Source: an uncultured Thermoplasmata archaeon | Lineage (GTDB): Archaea; Thermoplasmatota; Thermoplasmata; RBG-16-68-12 | Assembly: GCA_963768855.1 (NCBI GenBank) | Contig: CAVYJM010000007.1 | Span: 1 to 64,000 of the forward strand | Reading direction: 5' to 3' | DNA length: 64,000 bases | In this document: positions 16,521 to 26,259 of the stretch, piece after piece | Layout: each line of letters starts with the position of its first letter | Numbering within the stretch: the stretch's first letter is position 1 | The notes under the pieces: generated by a model | Told to the model about the DNA's origin: nothing | The model's database searches: none | What the model saw: only the letters and a program-made list of their open reading frames with translations | Position numbers and translations under genes: made by a program

Positions 16521-17782
16521 GCTGCGCCACTGTCCAGATGCCGGAGGAGTTCCTGCGCGGGTGCGTAATCCGGGTTCACGCGCAGGGCGGCGAGTAGGCT
16601 CTTCCGCGCCTTCTCGGGCATGCGTTTGTGGAGGTAGACCCTCGCGAGGTTCGTGTGCGCATAGAAGTAGCAGCAGTACCGGGAGGCGATGATGGCCTTC
16701 TCCAGCCACGGGATCGCCTCGTCGAGCCGTCCGAGCTCGATGAGGTACGCCCCGATGTCGTTGTAGGGGTTGCCGAACGAGACGTCGAGCTCGATCGCGC
16801 GGCGGCACTCCGCGATCGCCTCATCGTACCGCCCCATGTAGCTATACGTCCATCCGAGGAACGTGTGCGCCTCGGCGCTCGGGAAGAGGCGGAGGGAACG
16901 CTCGTACGCGTCCGCAGCGCGATCCAGGTCGCCCGCGCTCTGGAGGATATACGCGGCCTGGAACGCCTGGCGGGCCGCCCACCTCGTCAGGCTCGCCGGC
17001 GCGGACACCTGGGTCTCGTCGAGCGGTCCGCCCGAGAACGTCTCGTCGGCCACGTCGCGGAAGTGCTGGTCGTAGTGGCCCGTGATGCGTCCTTCCCATG
17101 CGTGGGCGAGGAGATCTTCGACGGCGAACAGGCGACCGAAGTCGACGGCCCCCATCCGCACCGACTCTCGCGGACCCGCCGCGATCCGGGCGGGCGCCTC
17201 GTTGAACGTCATCTGGAGCGTCTCCCCGCTGCGGCGGACGACCTTGACGAACGCGAGGTCGTGCAGCCCGCGACCGCGGGCGATCAGGGTCCCGGGGTCG
17301 GCGAGCAGCGGCGTGAGTTCCGTGATCGGCGGTCCATGGGGGTCCGTCACCAAGATCCGGTCGTAGGTCTCGGAGAGAGGCTGGGCCACCACGCGGATGC
17401 TGCCGAGCCCCGCCTCGAGCAGACGCGCCGAGGTGATTTGCCGCAAGGCGTCGTCAGGCTCCGCGACCGTGACGTTGGCGGGAGATGCGATGGATGCCAG
17501 AAGCGCCGCGGGGAACCCGCCTCGCGCGCCCGCGAGGAGCACGCGGAGATCCGGCCCCAGCTCGAGCAGACCCAGGGCCGCAGACAGGCATCGGGCCGAG
17601 GGCATCGTCCGGCCGCCCGCCTTGTCGAGGACCGGGAGGGGCATGTCCGCATAGGCCAGCGAGGCCAAGCCCGGCGGAAGGAACGGCTCCTGGGGCACGG
17701 AACGGAAGGCCTTCTCGATCTGGGAATCCCGCAGGAGGCCCAGACTCCTCAGGGTCGCCACCAGGTCGTCGCGGGTCCACAT
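16508..17782 (-). CDS. Protein-L-isoaspartate O-methyltransferase-like domain fused to C-terminal TPR repeats
   Basis: N-terminus IEKAFRSVPQEPF...AYADMPLP resembles PCMT; C-terminus has TPRs (AHTFLGWTYSYMGRYDEAIAEC, NPYNDIGAYLIELGRLDEA). Confidence 0.75.
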   Translation of the reverse strand: MWTRDDLVATLRSLGLLRDSQIEKAFRSVPQEPFLPPGLASLAYADMPLPVLDKAGGRTMPSARCLSAALGLLELGPDLRVLLAGARGGFPAALLASIASPANVTVAEPDDALRQITSARLLEAGLGSIRVVAQPLSETYDRILVTDPHGPPITELTPLLADPGTLIARGRGLHDLAFVKVVRRSGETLQMTFNEAPARIAAGPRESVRMGAVDFGRLFAVEDLLAHAWEGRITGHYDQHFRDVADETFSGGPLDETQVSAPASLTRWAARQAFQAAYILQSAGDLDRAADAYERSLRLFPSAEAHTFLGWTYSYMGRYDEAIAECRRAIELDVSFGNPYNDIGAYLIELGRLDEAIPWLEKAIIASRYCCYFYAHTNLARVYLHKRMPEKARKSLLAALRVNPDYAPAQELLRHLDSGAAYFA

Positions 17783-17843
17783 CGGCCAGGTCGCTCCAGG
17801 CGTGTGTAGTCGGCGGTCGGCCTAAAAGGTTTCAGGGATCGCG

Positions 17844-18791
17844 CTACAGGCCGAAGTCGCGGGCGTAGAGGTGGCGCGCCTCGTCGACGTCCGCGGGGGA
17901 CAGCGACGGGACGTCCGAGGCGCCCAGGTTCTCCTCGGTCTGCGCGACGGTCTTCGCGCCGGGAATCGCGACGGACACCTCCGGGAAGGCCAGCACGAAG
18001 CGGAGGGCGGCCTGCGCCGGGGTGCGACCCTCCTTCGCGAGGAACGACAGGCGTTCGGCCACTGCGACCCTTCCCGCCACCATGCCGGGCGGCCAGTAGG
18101 ACCGGATGTCGCCCGCAGGGAACCGCGCGCTCGGTGGGATTTTGCCCGCGAGGAATCCGTTCCCGAGGGGTTCCCTCGCGATGAGGCCGACATGCGCCTC
18201 CCGTGCCTGCGCGAAGAGCTCGTCGATCCACTCTTGCCTGAAGAGGTTGAACGGGATCTGAAGGGTTTCGGGTTTCCCGGCTTCGAGACAGAGGAACCCT
18301 TCCGCGGGCTCGTGGATCGAGACCCCGTAGTGGTCGATCTTGTGCTCCGCCTTCAGGTTTTCCAGGGCCTCGTACGTGGCCGGGTCGCCCATCATCTCGG
18401 CCGGCGGGTTGTGGAGCTGGTACAAGTCGACGTGGTCCGTCCTGAGCCGCCTCAGGGAGCGATCGAGGGCGAAGGCAATGTAAGCGGGATCGAAGTTCAG
18501 GCGCACGCCGCCATGGTAGAAGTCGCCGCCCACTTTCGTGGCCAGGATCACATCCTCCCGGCGTCCTTCGAGTGCCTCGCCGAGGATCTTCTCGCTGTGT
18601 CCCCAGCCGTAGACATCTGCAGTGTCGAAGAAGGTGCAACCGAGGTCCGCCGCGCGTCGCACCGCCGCCACGGAGATCGCATCCTCCGTCGGGCCGTACG
18701 AGTTCCCGTGCGCATTCCCGCCGATCGCCCACGCCCCGAACCCGATTTCGGACACCTTTAGACCGGTCCGGCCCAGCGCGCGTTGCTGCAT
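17844..18791 (-). CDS. Aldo/keto reductase
   Basis: LGRTGLKVSEIGFGAW, FFDTADVYG, ATKVG, SLRRLRTDHVDLYQLH, IPGAKT. Start set at ATG 18791. Confidence 0.9.
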   Translation of the reverse strand: MQQRALGRTGLKVSEIGFGAWAIGGNAHGNSYGPTEDAISVAAVRRAADLGCTFFDTADVYGWGHSEKILGEALEGRREDVILATKVGGDFYHGGVRLNFDPAYIAFALDRSLRRLRTDHVDLYQLHNPPAEMMGDPATYEALENLKAEHKIDHYGVSIHEPAEGFLCLEAGKPETLQIPFNLFRQEWIDELFAQAREAHVGLIAREPLGNGFLAGKIPPSARFPAGDIRSYWPPGMVAGRVAVAERLSFLAKEGRTPAQAALRFVLAFPEVSVAIPGAKTVAQTEENLGASDVPSLSPADVDEARHLYARDFGL

Positions 18792-18944
18792 CTCCGCGCC
18801 GAACGCCCCCGTTCCCCAAAGCCTTTGCCCGTGCCGAGCCTCAGGGAGTCCGCCGTCTCCCTGGGACGAAATCGGGACTGACAATCGCGTCGAAGGGTTC
18901 AAGTATCGAGAATCCCGCGGCACGGGCTCACTGGAGTAAACGAT

Positions 18945-20402
18945 ATGCGTGCACTAACCCTCCTCGTCGTTGCCCTGCTGGCCGTGAGCACCTTCGCGCT
19001 CCTCGCGATGGCGCCCCCGGCCCGAGCGGCGACGACGTACCTCAACGGGAGCTTGACGGAGAGCTCGGGTTCCACGACCGCCTTCGGCGGCGGGGACTAC
19101 CGGTTCATCGAGTTCGGGTCCGACGCGGCCTTCGGCGTCGTCTGGGGCAACGCGACCCACGCGAACAACATCTACGTGGTCGCGATCAAGTCTCGCTACC
19201 TCGGCGTCGGCCAGGTCTACTACGGCTCGAACGGGACCCTAATCGCCGCGAACCAGCCCGTGAAGGTCTACACCATCTACGCGGCCCAGCTGCAGAACAT
19301 CACGGAGTACCGAGACAACACGAACGACGGGGTTGCGAACTACACCCGTACCTACAACGCGACGACGGGGACGTGGTCCAACTATGCGTTCACGGGAGAC
19401 GTCGGGTACAAGTTCGTCAACCTGAGCACGAACTGGGTCGCCAGCCCGGTCACGCCCGCGAACGGCCCGACCTCCCGCACCTGGACCTTCAGCCTCAACG
19501 CGACAAACCTGGCGTACTACAACATCACGAACCGGAAGAAGCTGCCCGGGACCCCGCCCATCGTCAACTACACGTTCCATCTGAACGCCTCCCTCGTGCA
19601 GGACACGAACGTCAGCATCCCCCAGTGGAACGTGACCGTTTCGCGGGTCTTGGGCCATGATGTCGTGAGCTCCGTCGTGAAGATTCAGGACCTCGTCCTC
19701 GCGAGCATCAAGACCGTCCACTACTCGCTCAAGTGGGACCAGTTCATCTCGGGCTGGACCTACGACAACCGAAACAACAACGCGCCACAGCGGGGGCTCC
19801 TCCTGGAGGTCGGCAGCATCGTGGTCAATTACGCGCCGACAGGGGTCGTCGAGGGCTGGAGACTCCTCGCACATCAGCTCGGTGACGATGGCCAGGCGAC
19901 GTACACCACGGCCTCCGGCAACGAGACGGCCGACAACACGACGGGCAGCCTCAGCGCGCCTGGCGTCTTCAAGAGTCCGAACCTGGACTTCGGGGGCGCA
20001 TGGACCCGGATCGCTCGATTCCTCTGGACGTCAAACGCCACCGTGGACGGTTTGAACAGCACGGTCCTCGGGCAGGTCGAGGGCGGATGGGGCTTCTTCT
20101 ACCTCGGTCCCGCGGGCCCCTACTACGGTTTCGTGCTCCTGGTGGGCCTGAACTACCAGGGCGGGGCCACGATCGTGCATGATCCGACGGTCAGTGCAGA
20201 CGCTTCGGCGGAGCTGACCTTCCAGTCGACTCCCGCGCCTCCGGGGACGACGTCCCCCGCGAACTTCGGCGCGGTCATCGTCGGCATCGTGCTCGTCGTC
20301 GTGCTCGTCCTCGTGGCCTACGCGATGATCGTGCGCGGCCGCAAGAAGCAGGAGCCGCCGGTCGAGCCTCCGACCCAGCCTCCCGCGCCGCCGCAGCCTT
20401 GA
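18945..20402 (+). CDS. Secreted, C-terminally anchored surface (glyco)protein; paralog of 47670-49028
   Basis: Signal peptide, many N-x-S/T sequons, IVHDP motif, C-terminal TM helix with a Pro-rich tail. Confidence 0.75.
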   Translation: MRALTLLVVALLAVSTFALLAMAPPARAATTYLNGSLTESSGSTTAFGGGDYRFIEFGSDAAFGVVWGNATHANNIYVVAIKSRYLGVGQVYYGSNGTLIAANQPVKVYTIYAAQLQNITEYRDNTNDGVANYTRTYNATTGTWSNYAFTGDVGYKFVNLSTNWVASPVTPANGPTSRTWTFSLNATNLAYYNITNRKKLPGTPPIVNYTFHLNASLVQDTNVSIPQWNVTVSRVLGHDVVSSVVKIQDLVLASIKTVHYSLKWDQFISGWTYDNRNNNAPQRGLLLEVGSIVVNYAPTGVVEGWRLLAHQLGDDGQATYTTASGNETADNTTGSLSAPGVFKSPNLDFGGAWTRIARFLWTSNATVDGLNSTVLGQVEGGWGFFYLGPAGPYYGFVLLVGLNYQGGATIVHDPTVSADASAELTFQSTPAPPGTTSPANFGAVIVGIVLVVVLVLVAYAMIVRGRKKQEPPVEPPTQPPAPPQP

Positions 20403-20429
20403 GACACCACGGAGGCGGCTCTGTGTCGC

Positions 20430-20460
20430 CTCCCTCCTTCCTCTTTTCCTCTCGCCTTCG
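20430..20460 (+). terminator. Pyrimidine-rich archaeal-type terminator after the surface-protein gene
   Basis: tccctccttcctcttttcctctcgccttc follows a short gacac...gtgtc hairpin just after the stop codon. Confidence 0.4.
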
Positions 20461-20653
20461 TTGTCGAGCCCACTTGTGCATTCTGCAAATGTTAAGGCAT
20501 CTGATTTTGGGCGACCCTGAATGAAGCGATCCTCCTGGAAGGGGACATGCTGCGCCTGTAAAACGTCCTGGGCGCGACTCGCGGTGCCGCGACCGGAATC
20601 GGGCGCGCGGTGGAACCGGCAACCCTTTTCCGCGCGTCCTCCCTCCGGGTCCC

Positions 20654-21781
20654 ATGGATTGGACCGCCTGGAGAGATGAGTTCCCGATCTTCCGAACCAA
20701 GCGGTACCTGAACACGTGCTCCCTCGGCCCCCTCTCGAGGCGGGTCCGCGCGGCCCACGAGGCGTTCCTCGGCGAATGGGAGGACCACGGGGCGACCGCC
20801 TGGTACTCGATCTGGATGTCGGCCCTGGACCGCCTCCGCGAGGGATTCGCGAAGTTGATCGGTGCGGACAAGGAGGAGGTCGCGCTCGCTCCGAGCGTCT
20901 CCGTCGCCCTTTCGTCGGTCGCGAGCTGCCTCGACTATTCCGCGCGGCCCAAGGTGGTCTACTCCGAGCTGGACTTCCCCACGGTGGCCTATCAATGGGC
21001 CGTGAAGCCGCACGTCGAACGCGTCGTCATCCCCTCCCGCGACGGGATCACCGTGCCGCCGGAGGCGTACGAGGCCGCGGTGGACGAGGGGGCCGCCGCC
21101 GTCGTGACCTCCCACGTGTTCTACACGAGCGGCGCGATCCAGGACATCCACCGCATCGCGAACGCCGCACATCGCAACGGAGCCCTCGCGGTGATCGACG
21201 CATACCAGGCGACCGGTCAGCTCCCGACCGATGTCCATGCATCCGGCGTCGACGTCCTGATCTCCGGAGGACTGAAATGGCTCCTGGGAGGCACGGGCAT
21301 CGCCCTCGCGTACGTGAGGCGGGAGGCGATCCCGCGGCTCCGCCCGACGATCACGGGCTGGTTCGGCAACCGGCGACAGTTCGAGTTCGACCCGCGGACC
21401 TTCGACTTCTGGGAGGACGCGCGCCGCTTCGAGCTCGGCACGACGGCGAACGCCGCGGTGTACGCGTGCTCCGCGGGAATCGGCCTCGTGGAGGAGATCG
21501 GGGTCGGTGCGATCCGCACGCGGACGACCGAGGTCGTGAACGATCTCGTCGAGCGGCTCCACGACGCGCGTTTCGAGATCCGGTCCCCGGAGGATCCTGC
21601 TGCACGCGTAGGGATTATCATGGTGCCGGTGCACGATCCGCCCCATGCGGTCCATGCCCTCGCGGAACGGGGCATCCTGGTGGATTACCGCCACGACCGC
21701 GTCCGCGCGTCGCCCTACTTCTACAACACGCCGGAGGACAACGCCGCGTTCGTCGACACACTGCGTGTCGTGCGGGGATGA
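20654..21781 (+). CDS. PLP-dependent aminotransferase class V (kynureninase/cysteine desulfurase-like)
   Basis: YLNTCSLGP, IDAYQATG, SGGLKWLLG (PLP lysine), RASPYFYN. Confidence 0.85.
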   Translation: MDWTAWRDEFPIFRTKRYLNTCSLGPLSRRVRAAHEAFLGEWEDHGATAWYSIWMSALDRLREGFAKLIGADKEEVALAPSVSVALSSVASCLDYSARPKVVYSELDFPTVAYQWAVKPHVERVVIPSRDGITVPPEAYEAAVDEGAAAVVTSHVFYTSGAIQDIHRIANAAHRNGALAVIDAYQATGQLPTDVHASGVDVLISGGLKWLLGGTGIALAYVRREAIPRLRPTITGWFGNRRQFEFDPRTFDFWEDARRFELGTTANAAVYACSAGIGLVEEIGVGAIRTRTTEVVNDLVERLHDARFEIRSPEDPAARVGIIMVPVHDPPHAVHALAERGILVDYRHDRVRASPYFYNTPEDNAAFVDTLRVVRG

Positions 21782-21785
21782 GGCG

Positions 21786-22325
21786 TCAGGCCCGGAACTC
21801 CTTCTTCGCCAAGATGACGAGGACGAAGCCCGCCAGGCCCATGAACGAGGCCTCGAGCACGAATCCTCCCGTGAGGGTCGCGAAGATCGCACACACCATG
21901 GTGAGCCGCCAGTTCATCCGCTGGATGGCCATGATGCCGCCGAGGAGGGCCGCGGCCTGCGCCCAGATCACAATGAACCCGCAAATCTGATTCGTGATGT
22001 ACGTGGCGCTGTCGTTCGTCAGGTTCGCGTAGTCGGAGGGCGACAAGGGGACCACGGCGAGTTGCATCAGGGATGCGATGCCGAAGATCCCGGCGAGGAT
22101 CAGGAGGATGCCCGCGTACAGGCCGAGCTTTCCGGGTGCCGCTTGGCGCGGCGGCGCGGGACCCGCCGGGTAGGTGGGCTTCTGGAAGTCCTCCGGACGC
22201 GTGACCCAGGCCGCCGGGCGCGATTCGGCCGGCGGCGGCGTCTGGGCCTCCCCCGGCTTCAGGAATTCGAGCGGCGGCGGTTCCTGACGCTTCTTGTCCG
22301 GCCCGCCGGACTCGCCATCGGCCAT
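21786..22325 (-). CDS. Hypothetical membrane protein
   Basis: Pro-rich N-terminus followed by about 4 TM helices. Confidence 0.65.
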   Translation of the reverse strand: MADGESGGPDKKRQEPPPLEFLKPGEAQTPPPAESRPAAWVTRPEDFQKPTYPAGPAPPRQAAPGKLGLYAGILLILAGIFGIASLMQLAVVPLSPSDYANLTNDSATYITNQICGFIVIWAQAAALLGGIMAIQRMNWRLTMVCAIFATLTGGFVLEASFMGLAGFVLVILAKKEFRA

Positions 22326-22357
22326 GGGGTAACTCCGTCGATGCAAAAACCCCCCAC

Positions 22358-22936
22358 CTACTTAACGGTGCTGGGGGCGGCTGACGCCTTGAGGCGTTCC
22401 GCGTAGTGCTTGCGGAACTTCCGGACCTTCGGGCCGACCACGGCGAGGCAGTATCCGGCGTACGGGTTCTTGCGGTAGTAGTCCTGGTGGTACTCTTCAG
22501 CCCGGTAGAAGTTGGTGAACGGGGTGACCTCCGTGACGATCGGGTCGTCCCAGACCTTCTCGGAGCGAATCTCGGAGAGGACGCGTCCCACGGCCGCCTC
22601 CTGCTCCGAACCGTGCGTGAAGACTGCGGACCGGTACTGAATCCCGACGTCGCCCCCCTGGCGATTGAGCGTCGTGGGGTTGTGGACCGTGAAGAAGATG
22701 CGCAGGAGGTCCTCGTAGGAGATGACGCTCGGGTCGAAGGTGATCTGCACGGCTTCCGCGTGACCGGTCGTGTCGGAGCAGACGAGCTCGTAGCTCGGGT
22801 TCGCGACGTGGCCGCCCGCGTAGCCGACCTCGGTCCTCTCGACGCCCCTCAGTTCGCTGAAGACGGGTTGCAGGCACCAGAAGCAGCCGCCGGCGAGTGT
22901 GGCGACCTCCGTGTGACCCGCGGGGTCCGGCGACAT
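22358..22936 (-). CDS. msrA: Peptide-methionine (S)-S-oxide reductase MsrA
   Basis: GGCFWC, GYAGG, TGHAEAV, QYRSAVF, AEEYHQDY. Confidence 0.95.
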   Translation of the reverse strand: MSPDPAGHTEVATLAGGCFWCLQPVFSELRGVERTEVGYAGGHVANPSYELVCSDTTGHAEAVQITFDPSVISYEDLLRIFFTVHNPTTLNRQGGDVGIQYRSAVFTHGSEQEAAVGRVLSEIRSEKVWDDPIVTEVTPFTNFYRAEEYHQDYYRKNPYAGYCLAVVGPKVRKFRKHYAERLKASAAPSTVK

Positions 22937-23090
22937 GATCGTCCCAGTGAAGCCCGTCCCGGTTAAGCCTTTCCCGCAATCCGGCGGCGCAGGCCCATCC
23001 ATCGGAGCAATCCTTAGTCGTGGAGCGGGTCCCCGAGTGCGTCGTCCGCTCCTTCTTGCGGGGGCCAGCGTCTCCCTTGATATAGCGTCG

Positions 23091-23138
23091 TTCCGTTCGC
23101 CTCCTCGCTCCGGAATCGCGGGGGAGGCGGAACAGGAA
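23091..23138 (+). promoter_or_regulatory. Long 5'-UTR hairpin upstream of the LysA-like gene
   Basis: ttccgttcgcctcctcgc-[9 nt]-gcgggggaggcggaacaggaa pairs over ~18 bp with bulges; ends 1 nt before ATG 23140; TATA-like gatatag at ~23079. Confidence 0.45.
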
Positions 23139-23139
23139 C

Positions 23140-24558
23140 ATGGGCGCGGTGCGACGTTTGGACGATTGCCTGTCCGTCCGGGAGGGACGGCTCTTCATCG
23201 AGGAATGCGACGCCGCCGAGCTGGCGAAGCGGTTCGGGACGCCCTGCTACGCGGTCTCGGAAGACCAGCTGCGTCGGAACGTGCGGCGATTCCAGCGCGC
23301 GTTCTCGGATCGGTGGCCGGAGGGCCCCGTGCACGTCCTGCCCTCGATCAAGGCGAACTTCACGCTCGCCCTCCTGCGGATCCTCGCCCAGGAGGGGACG
23401 GGCTTCGACACGTTCGGACCGAGCGAGCTGCACGCGGCGCTCGAATCGGGCGGGGACCCCGCCCTGATCTCGGTGAACGGCTCGAGCAAGGACCGTCGGA
23501 TCCTCGAGGCCGCGGTGCGCGCAGGAGCCCGTGTCACCCTGGACAGTGCCGCAGAGGCGGACCGGGTGCGGGAGGTCGCGAGGGACCTCGGGGTTCGCGC
23601 GAAGGTGCGTTTCCGCCTCCGCCCGCGGTATGAGGGTCTCGACCATCCGTCCGACTTCTACGAGGACGAGACGTCGGTGCGGGTCGCCGCCCAGCAGTAC
23701 AAGCCTGGAATCCCCGCGGCTGACTTGATGAAGCTGGGCCGAAAGATGCTGTCGGCCCCCGAGGTCGACGTCACGGGCGTCATGGCCCACCTCGGCCGCC
23801 ACAGCACGGACCTGGACGTCTGGCGCGGGATGGTCCGCAGCTTCGTCGACATGATCGTCGAGGTGTCGGCGGCGTGGGGCGGCTGGCAGCCGCGTGAGAT
23901 CGACCTTGGCGGGGGCTACGCGACGCGCCGCGACCCGACCGGCCGGACGACGGCGCGCGGCCAGCGCCGGTCCCTCGAGGATCTGGCCCCGTCCATCGAA
24001 GAGTACGCGGACGCGCTGACCGGGACGCTGCGCGCCGAGCTCACGCGGCATGGACTGACCGCGGAGGGGAAGATCCTCGAGGTCGAGCCGGGCCGGAGCC
24101 TCTTCGCCGATGCGGGGATCCATCTGACCACGGTGCGGAATCTGAAGTCCCAGGAGGAGCCGATGCCCTGGCGGTGGGTCGAGACGGACACGACGGAGAT
24201 GTTCCTCCTCGATGGGCTCGTGGAACACAACCGGTGGACTCCGATCGTGGTGGACAACGCGGCCGCGCCGAGCACGCAGATCGCGGATGTGGTCGGGATC
24301 TCGTGCGGATTCGACGTCATCGTCCACCAGGCCTCCCTGCCGCTCGTCGCGCCGGGTGACGTGATCGCGTTCCTGGACACGGGTGCGTACCAGGAGGCGT
24401 GCTCGAACAACTTCAACGGGCTTCCGCGCCCGGCGACCGTCCTCGTGTCCGGTTCCGAGGCCGAGGTGGTCAAGCGCGGGGAGACCGTGGAGGACGTGTT
24501 CCGCCGGGATACCGTCCCGGCCCGGCTCAGGGCTGCCGCTCCGGAGGCCGCGCCATGA
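23140..24558 (+). CDS. Diaminopimelate/ornithine decarboxylase family (LysA-like) PLP enzyme
   Basis: FGTPCY, SIKAN (PLP lysine), HLG, IDLGGG, EPGRSL, C-terminal GISC, GAYQ, NFNG. Confidence 0.85.
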   Translation: MGAVRRLDDCLSVREGRLFIEECDAAELAKRFGTPCYAVSEDQLRRNVRRFQRAFSDRWPEGPVHVLPSIKANFTLALLRILAQEGTGFDTFGPSELHAALESGGDPALISVNGSSKDRRILEAAVRAGARVTLDSAAEADRVREVARDLGVRAKVRFRLRPRYEGLDHPSDFYEDETSVRVAAQQYKPGIPAADLMKLGRKMLSAPEVDVTGVMAHLGRHSTDLDVWRGMVRSFVDMIVEVSAAWGGWQPREIDLGGGYATRRDPTGRTTARGQRRSLEDLAPSIEEYADALTGTLRAELTRHGLTAEGKILEVEPGRSLFADAGIHLTTVRNLKSQEEPMPWRWVETDTTEMFLLDGLVEHNRWTPIVVDNAAAPSTQIADVVGISCGFDVIVHQASLPLVAPGDVIAFLDTGAYQEACSNNFNGLPRPATVLVSGSEAEVVKRGETVEDVFRRDTVPARLRAAAPEAAP

Positions 24559-25022
24559 GGGTCCTCGGCCTCGACCACGTCTCCGTCAGTGTGGCACACC
24601 TCGAGCGCTCCCTCGCTTTCTACCACGAGCTGCTCGGCATCCCCGTCCTGGGCACCGGGACCGAGGAGAGCCCGTCCGTCACGTCCGTCGTTGGTGCGGG
24701 GCCCGCGCGATTCCGCTATGCGGACCTCGACCTCGGGTCCGGGCAGATCCTCGAGATCCTCCAGTATTTCACCCCGAAGGGGACACCGCGTCACTCGGAC
24801 GTGTACGATCCCGGCAGCGGGCACCTGGCCGTGCGAGTCGACGACCTCGGACGTGCCCTCGAAAGCCTGGCCAAGGCGGGCGTCCACCCGCGATCCGAAC
24901 CCGTCAAGCTGGAGGAACCTGCGTGGTGGGCCGAAGCGCGCGTCGTGTATGTGACCGATCCGGACGGGATTACGATCGAGCTGGTGGAGCGACCCGGGCG
25001 GACCGCCAGTGCACGCCGCTGA
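24555..25022 (+). CDS. VOC/glyoxalase family protein
   Basis: LDHVSVSV, HLAVRVDD, DPDGITIELVE; ATGA overlap with the LysA-like gene. Confidence 0.85.
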   Translation: MRVLGLDHVSVSVAHLERSLAFYHELLGIPVLGTGTEESPSVTSVVGAGPARFRYADLDLGSGQILEILQYFTPKGTPRHSDVYDPGSGHLAVRVDDLGRALESLAKAGVHPRSEPVKLEEPAWWAEARVVYVTDPDGITIELVERPGRTASARR

Positions 25023-25050
25023 CCCGCTGCCGCCGGTTTCGCCTCGCGCC

Positions 25051-25602
25051 TTAGGCCGATTGGAAGTCCGCAGTGGCGACGAGGCTGCCGTCAGACCAGA
25101 GCAACAAGAACGTGTAGGCCCCAACGGGTAGGGAGCCCCGGGTCGAGCCGATGGCGAACGAGTCTCCGACGCCGAGCCTCCCGTCGGAGTCGTGGTCGGA
25201 CCAGCGGACCGTGAAGTTCGTGGGGTATGCGGAGGTGTTCAGGATGCTTGCCGTCCCGTTGTTGACGGACGGCATCGGCGCGGAGAGCCCGTACGAGCCG
25301 TTGAACATCAGGTTCACCCTGAATGACGAGACGCTGCTCGTGGTCGTGTATCTCCCTTCGGTTAACGATGCGATAGGAATTTCCTCACCGGATGGGATAG
25401 CGACAGGAGTCCCGAACGTGACGAAGGGTTTGCACGAGTCGCATGGAGGGCTCGTGGGCGGTCCGGCGACCGAGAGGGCGTAGGAGATTCCTCCGATGGC
25501 CGCTGCGAGGACCAGGACGGCCATCACGAGGACGAGGGCGGCTCCACTCGACGGGGATCGCGGTGGGTGCGCTCCGGGTGGTCCGATCGAGACCGGTTCC
25601 AA
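25051..25602 (-). CDS. Membrane-anchored secreted protein, pilin-like C-terminal beta domain possible
   Basis: One N-terminal TM helix; D.DSDGRLGVGDSF.I motif near the C-terminus. Confidence 0.55.
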   Translation of the reverse strand: MEPVSIGPPGAHPPRSPSSGAALVLVMAVLVLAAAIGGISYALSVAGPPTSPPCDSCKPFVTFGTPVAIPSGEEIPIASLTEGRYTTTSSVSSFRVNLMFNGSYGLSAPMPSVNNGTASILNTSAYPTNFTVRWSDHDSDGRLGVGDSFAIGSTRGSLPVGAYTFLLLWSDGSLVATADFQSA

Positions 25603-25698
25603 GATCTCCCTCCGGAACGGAGACGGAAGCCTATGGATTGAGTACTTTCGGTAGGGCTCGGATGGTCGTACCGCTGGCGTCCGCGAGCTCGAATGACT

Positions 25699-26259
25699 TC
25701 AGCCGAGGTCCTTCCGCATCCGAATCTCCCGGGCGCCCGCGCCGATGGCCCGGGTCCACGCGTTTTCCTCCTCATGGGTGACCCGGTACCCCAGCGACTG
25801 CCACCACCCCAACGACTTCCAGGGCACGCCCGCGGTGTTCCGGCTCGTGCCGAGGGTCACCGCACGCTTGCCACGCTTGCGGGCGCTCTCTTCAATGAAC
25901 CCCACGAGCTGGCTCCCCAAACCGTGGCCCTGGTGCTCACGGGCCACGTCGATGTTCACCAGCTCGAGCTCCTCGCCGCGGTCCTCGAGCGTGACGCAAG
26001 CGACCACACGGCCTCCGAGCTCGGCCACGATCACCTCCTCCCCCCGGACGAGATTGGGATCCCACCACGCATCGGAGAGCCGTGCAACGTCCGTGAAGGT
26101 CTGCTCAGAACGCGGCGTGCCGAAGCCGAGGACCTCTTCGTCCGTTACGGCTGAGTTGGAAACGTGGACGACCGAGGGGATGTCCTCCCGCGTGGCCGGG
26201 CGAATACGAAGACGGTTGTGATCCGCGGACGTAAGCCCGGGATCCCGCCTATCGCCCAT
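25699..26259 (-). CDS. GNAT family N-acetyltransferase
   Basis: IRPAT.ED, IDVAREHQGHGLGSQL, WQSLGY. Confidence 0.8.
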   Translation of the reverse strand: MGDRRDPGLTSADHNRLRIRPATREDIPSVVHVSNSAVTDEEVLGFGTPRSEQTFTDVARLSDAWWDPNLVRGEEVIVAELGGRVVACVTLEDRGEELELVNIDVAREHQGHGLGSQLVGFIEESARKRGKRAVTLGTSRNTAGVPWKSLGWWQSLGYRVTHEEENAWTRAIGAGAREIRMRKDLG

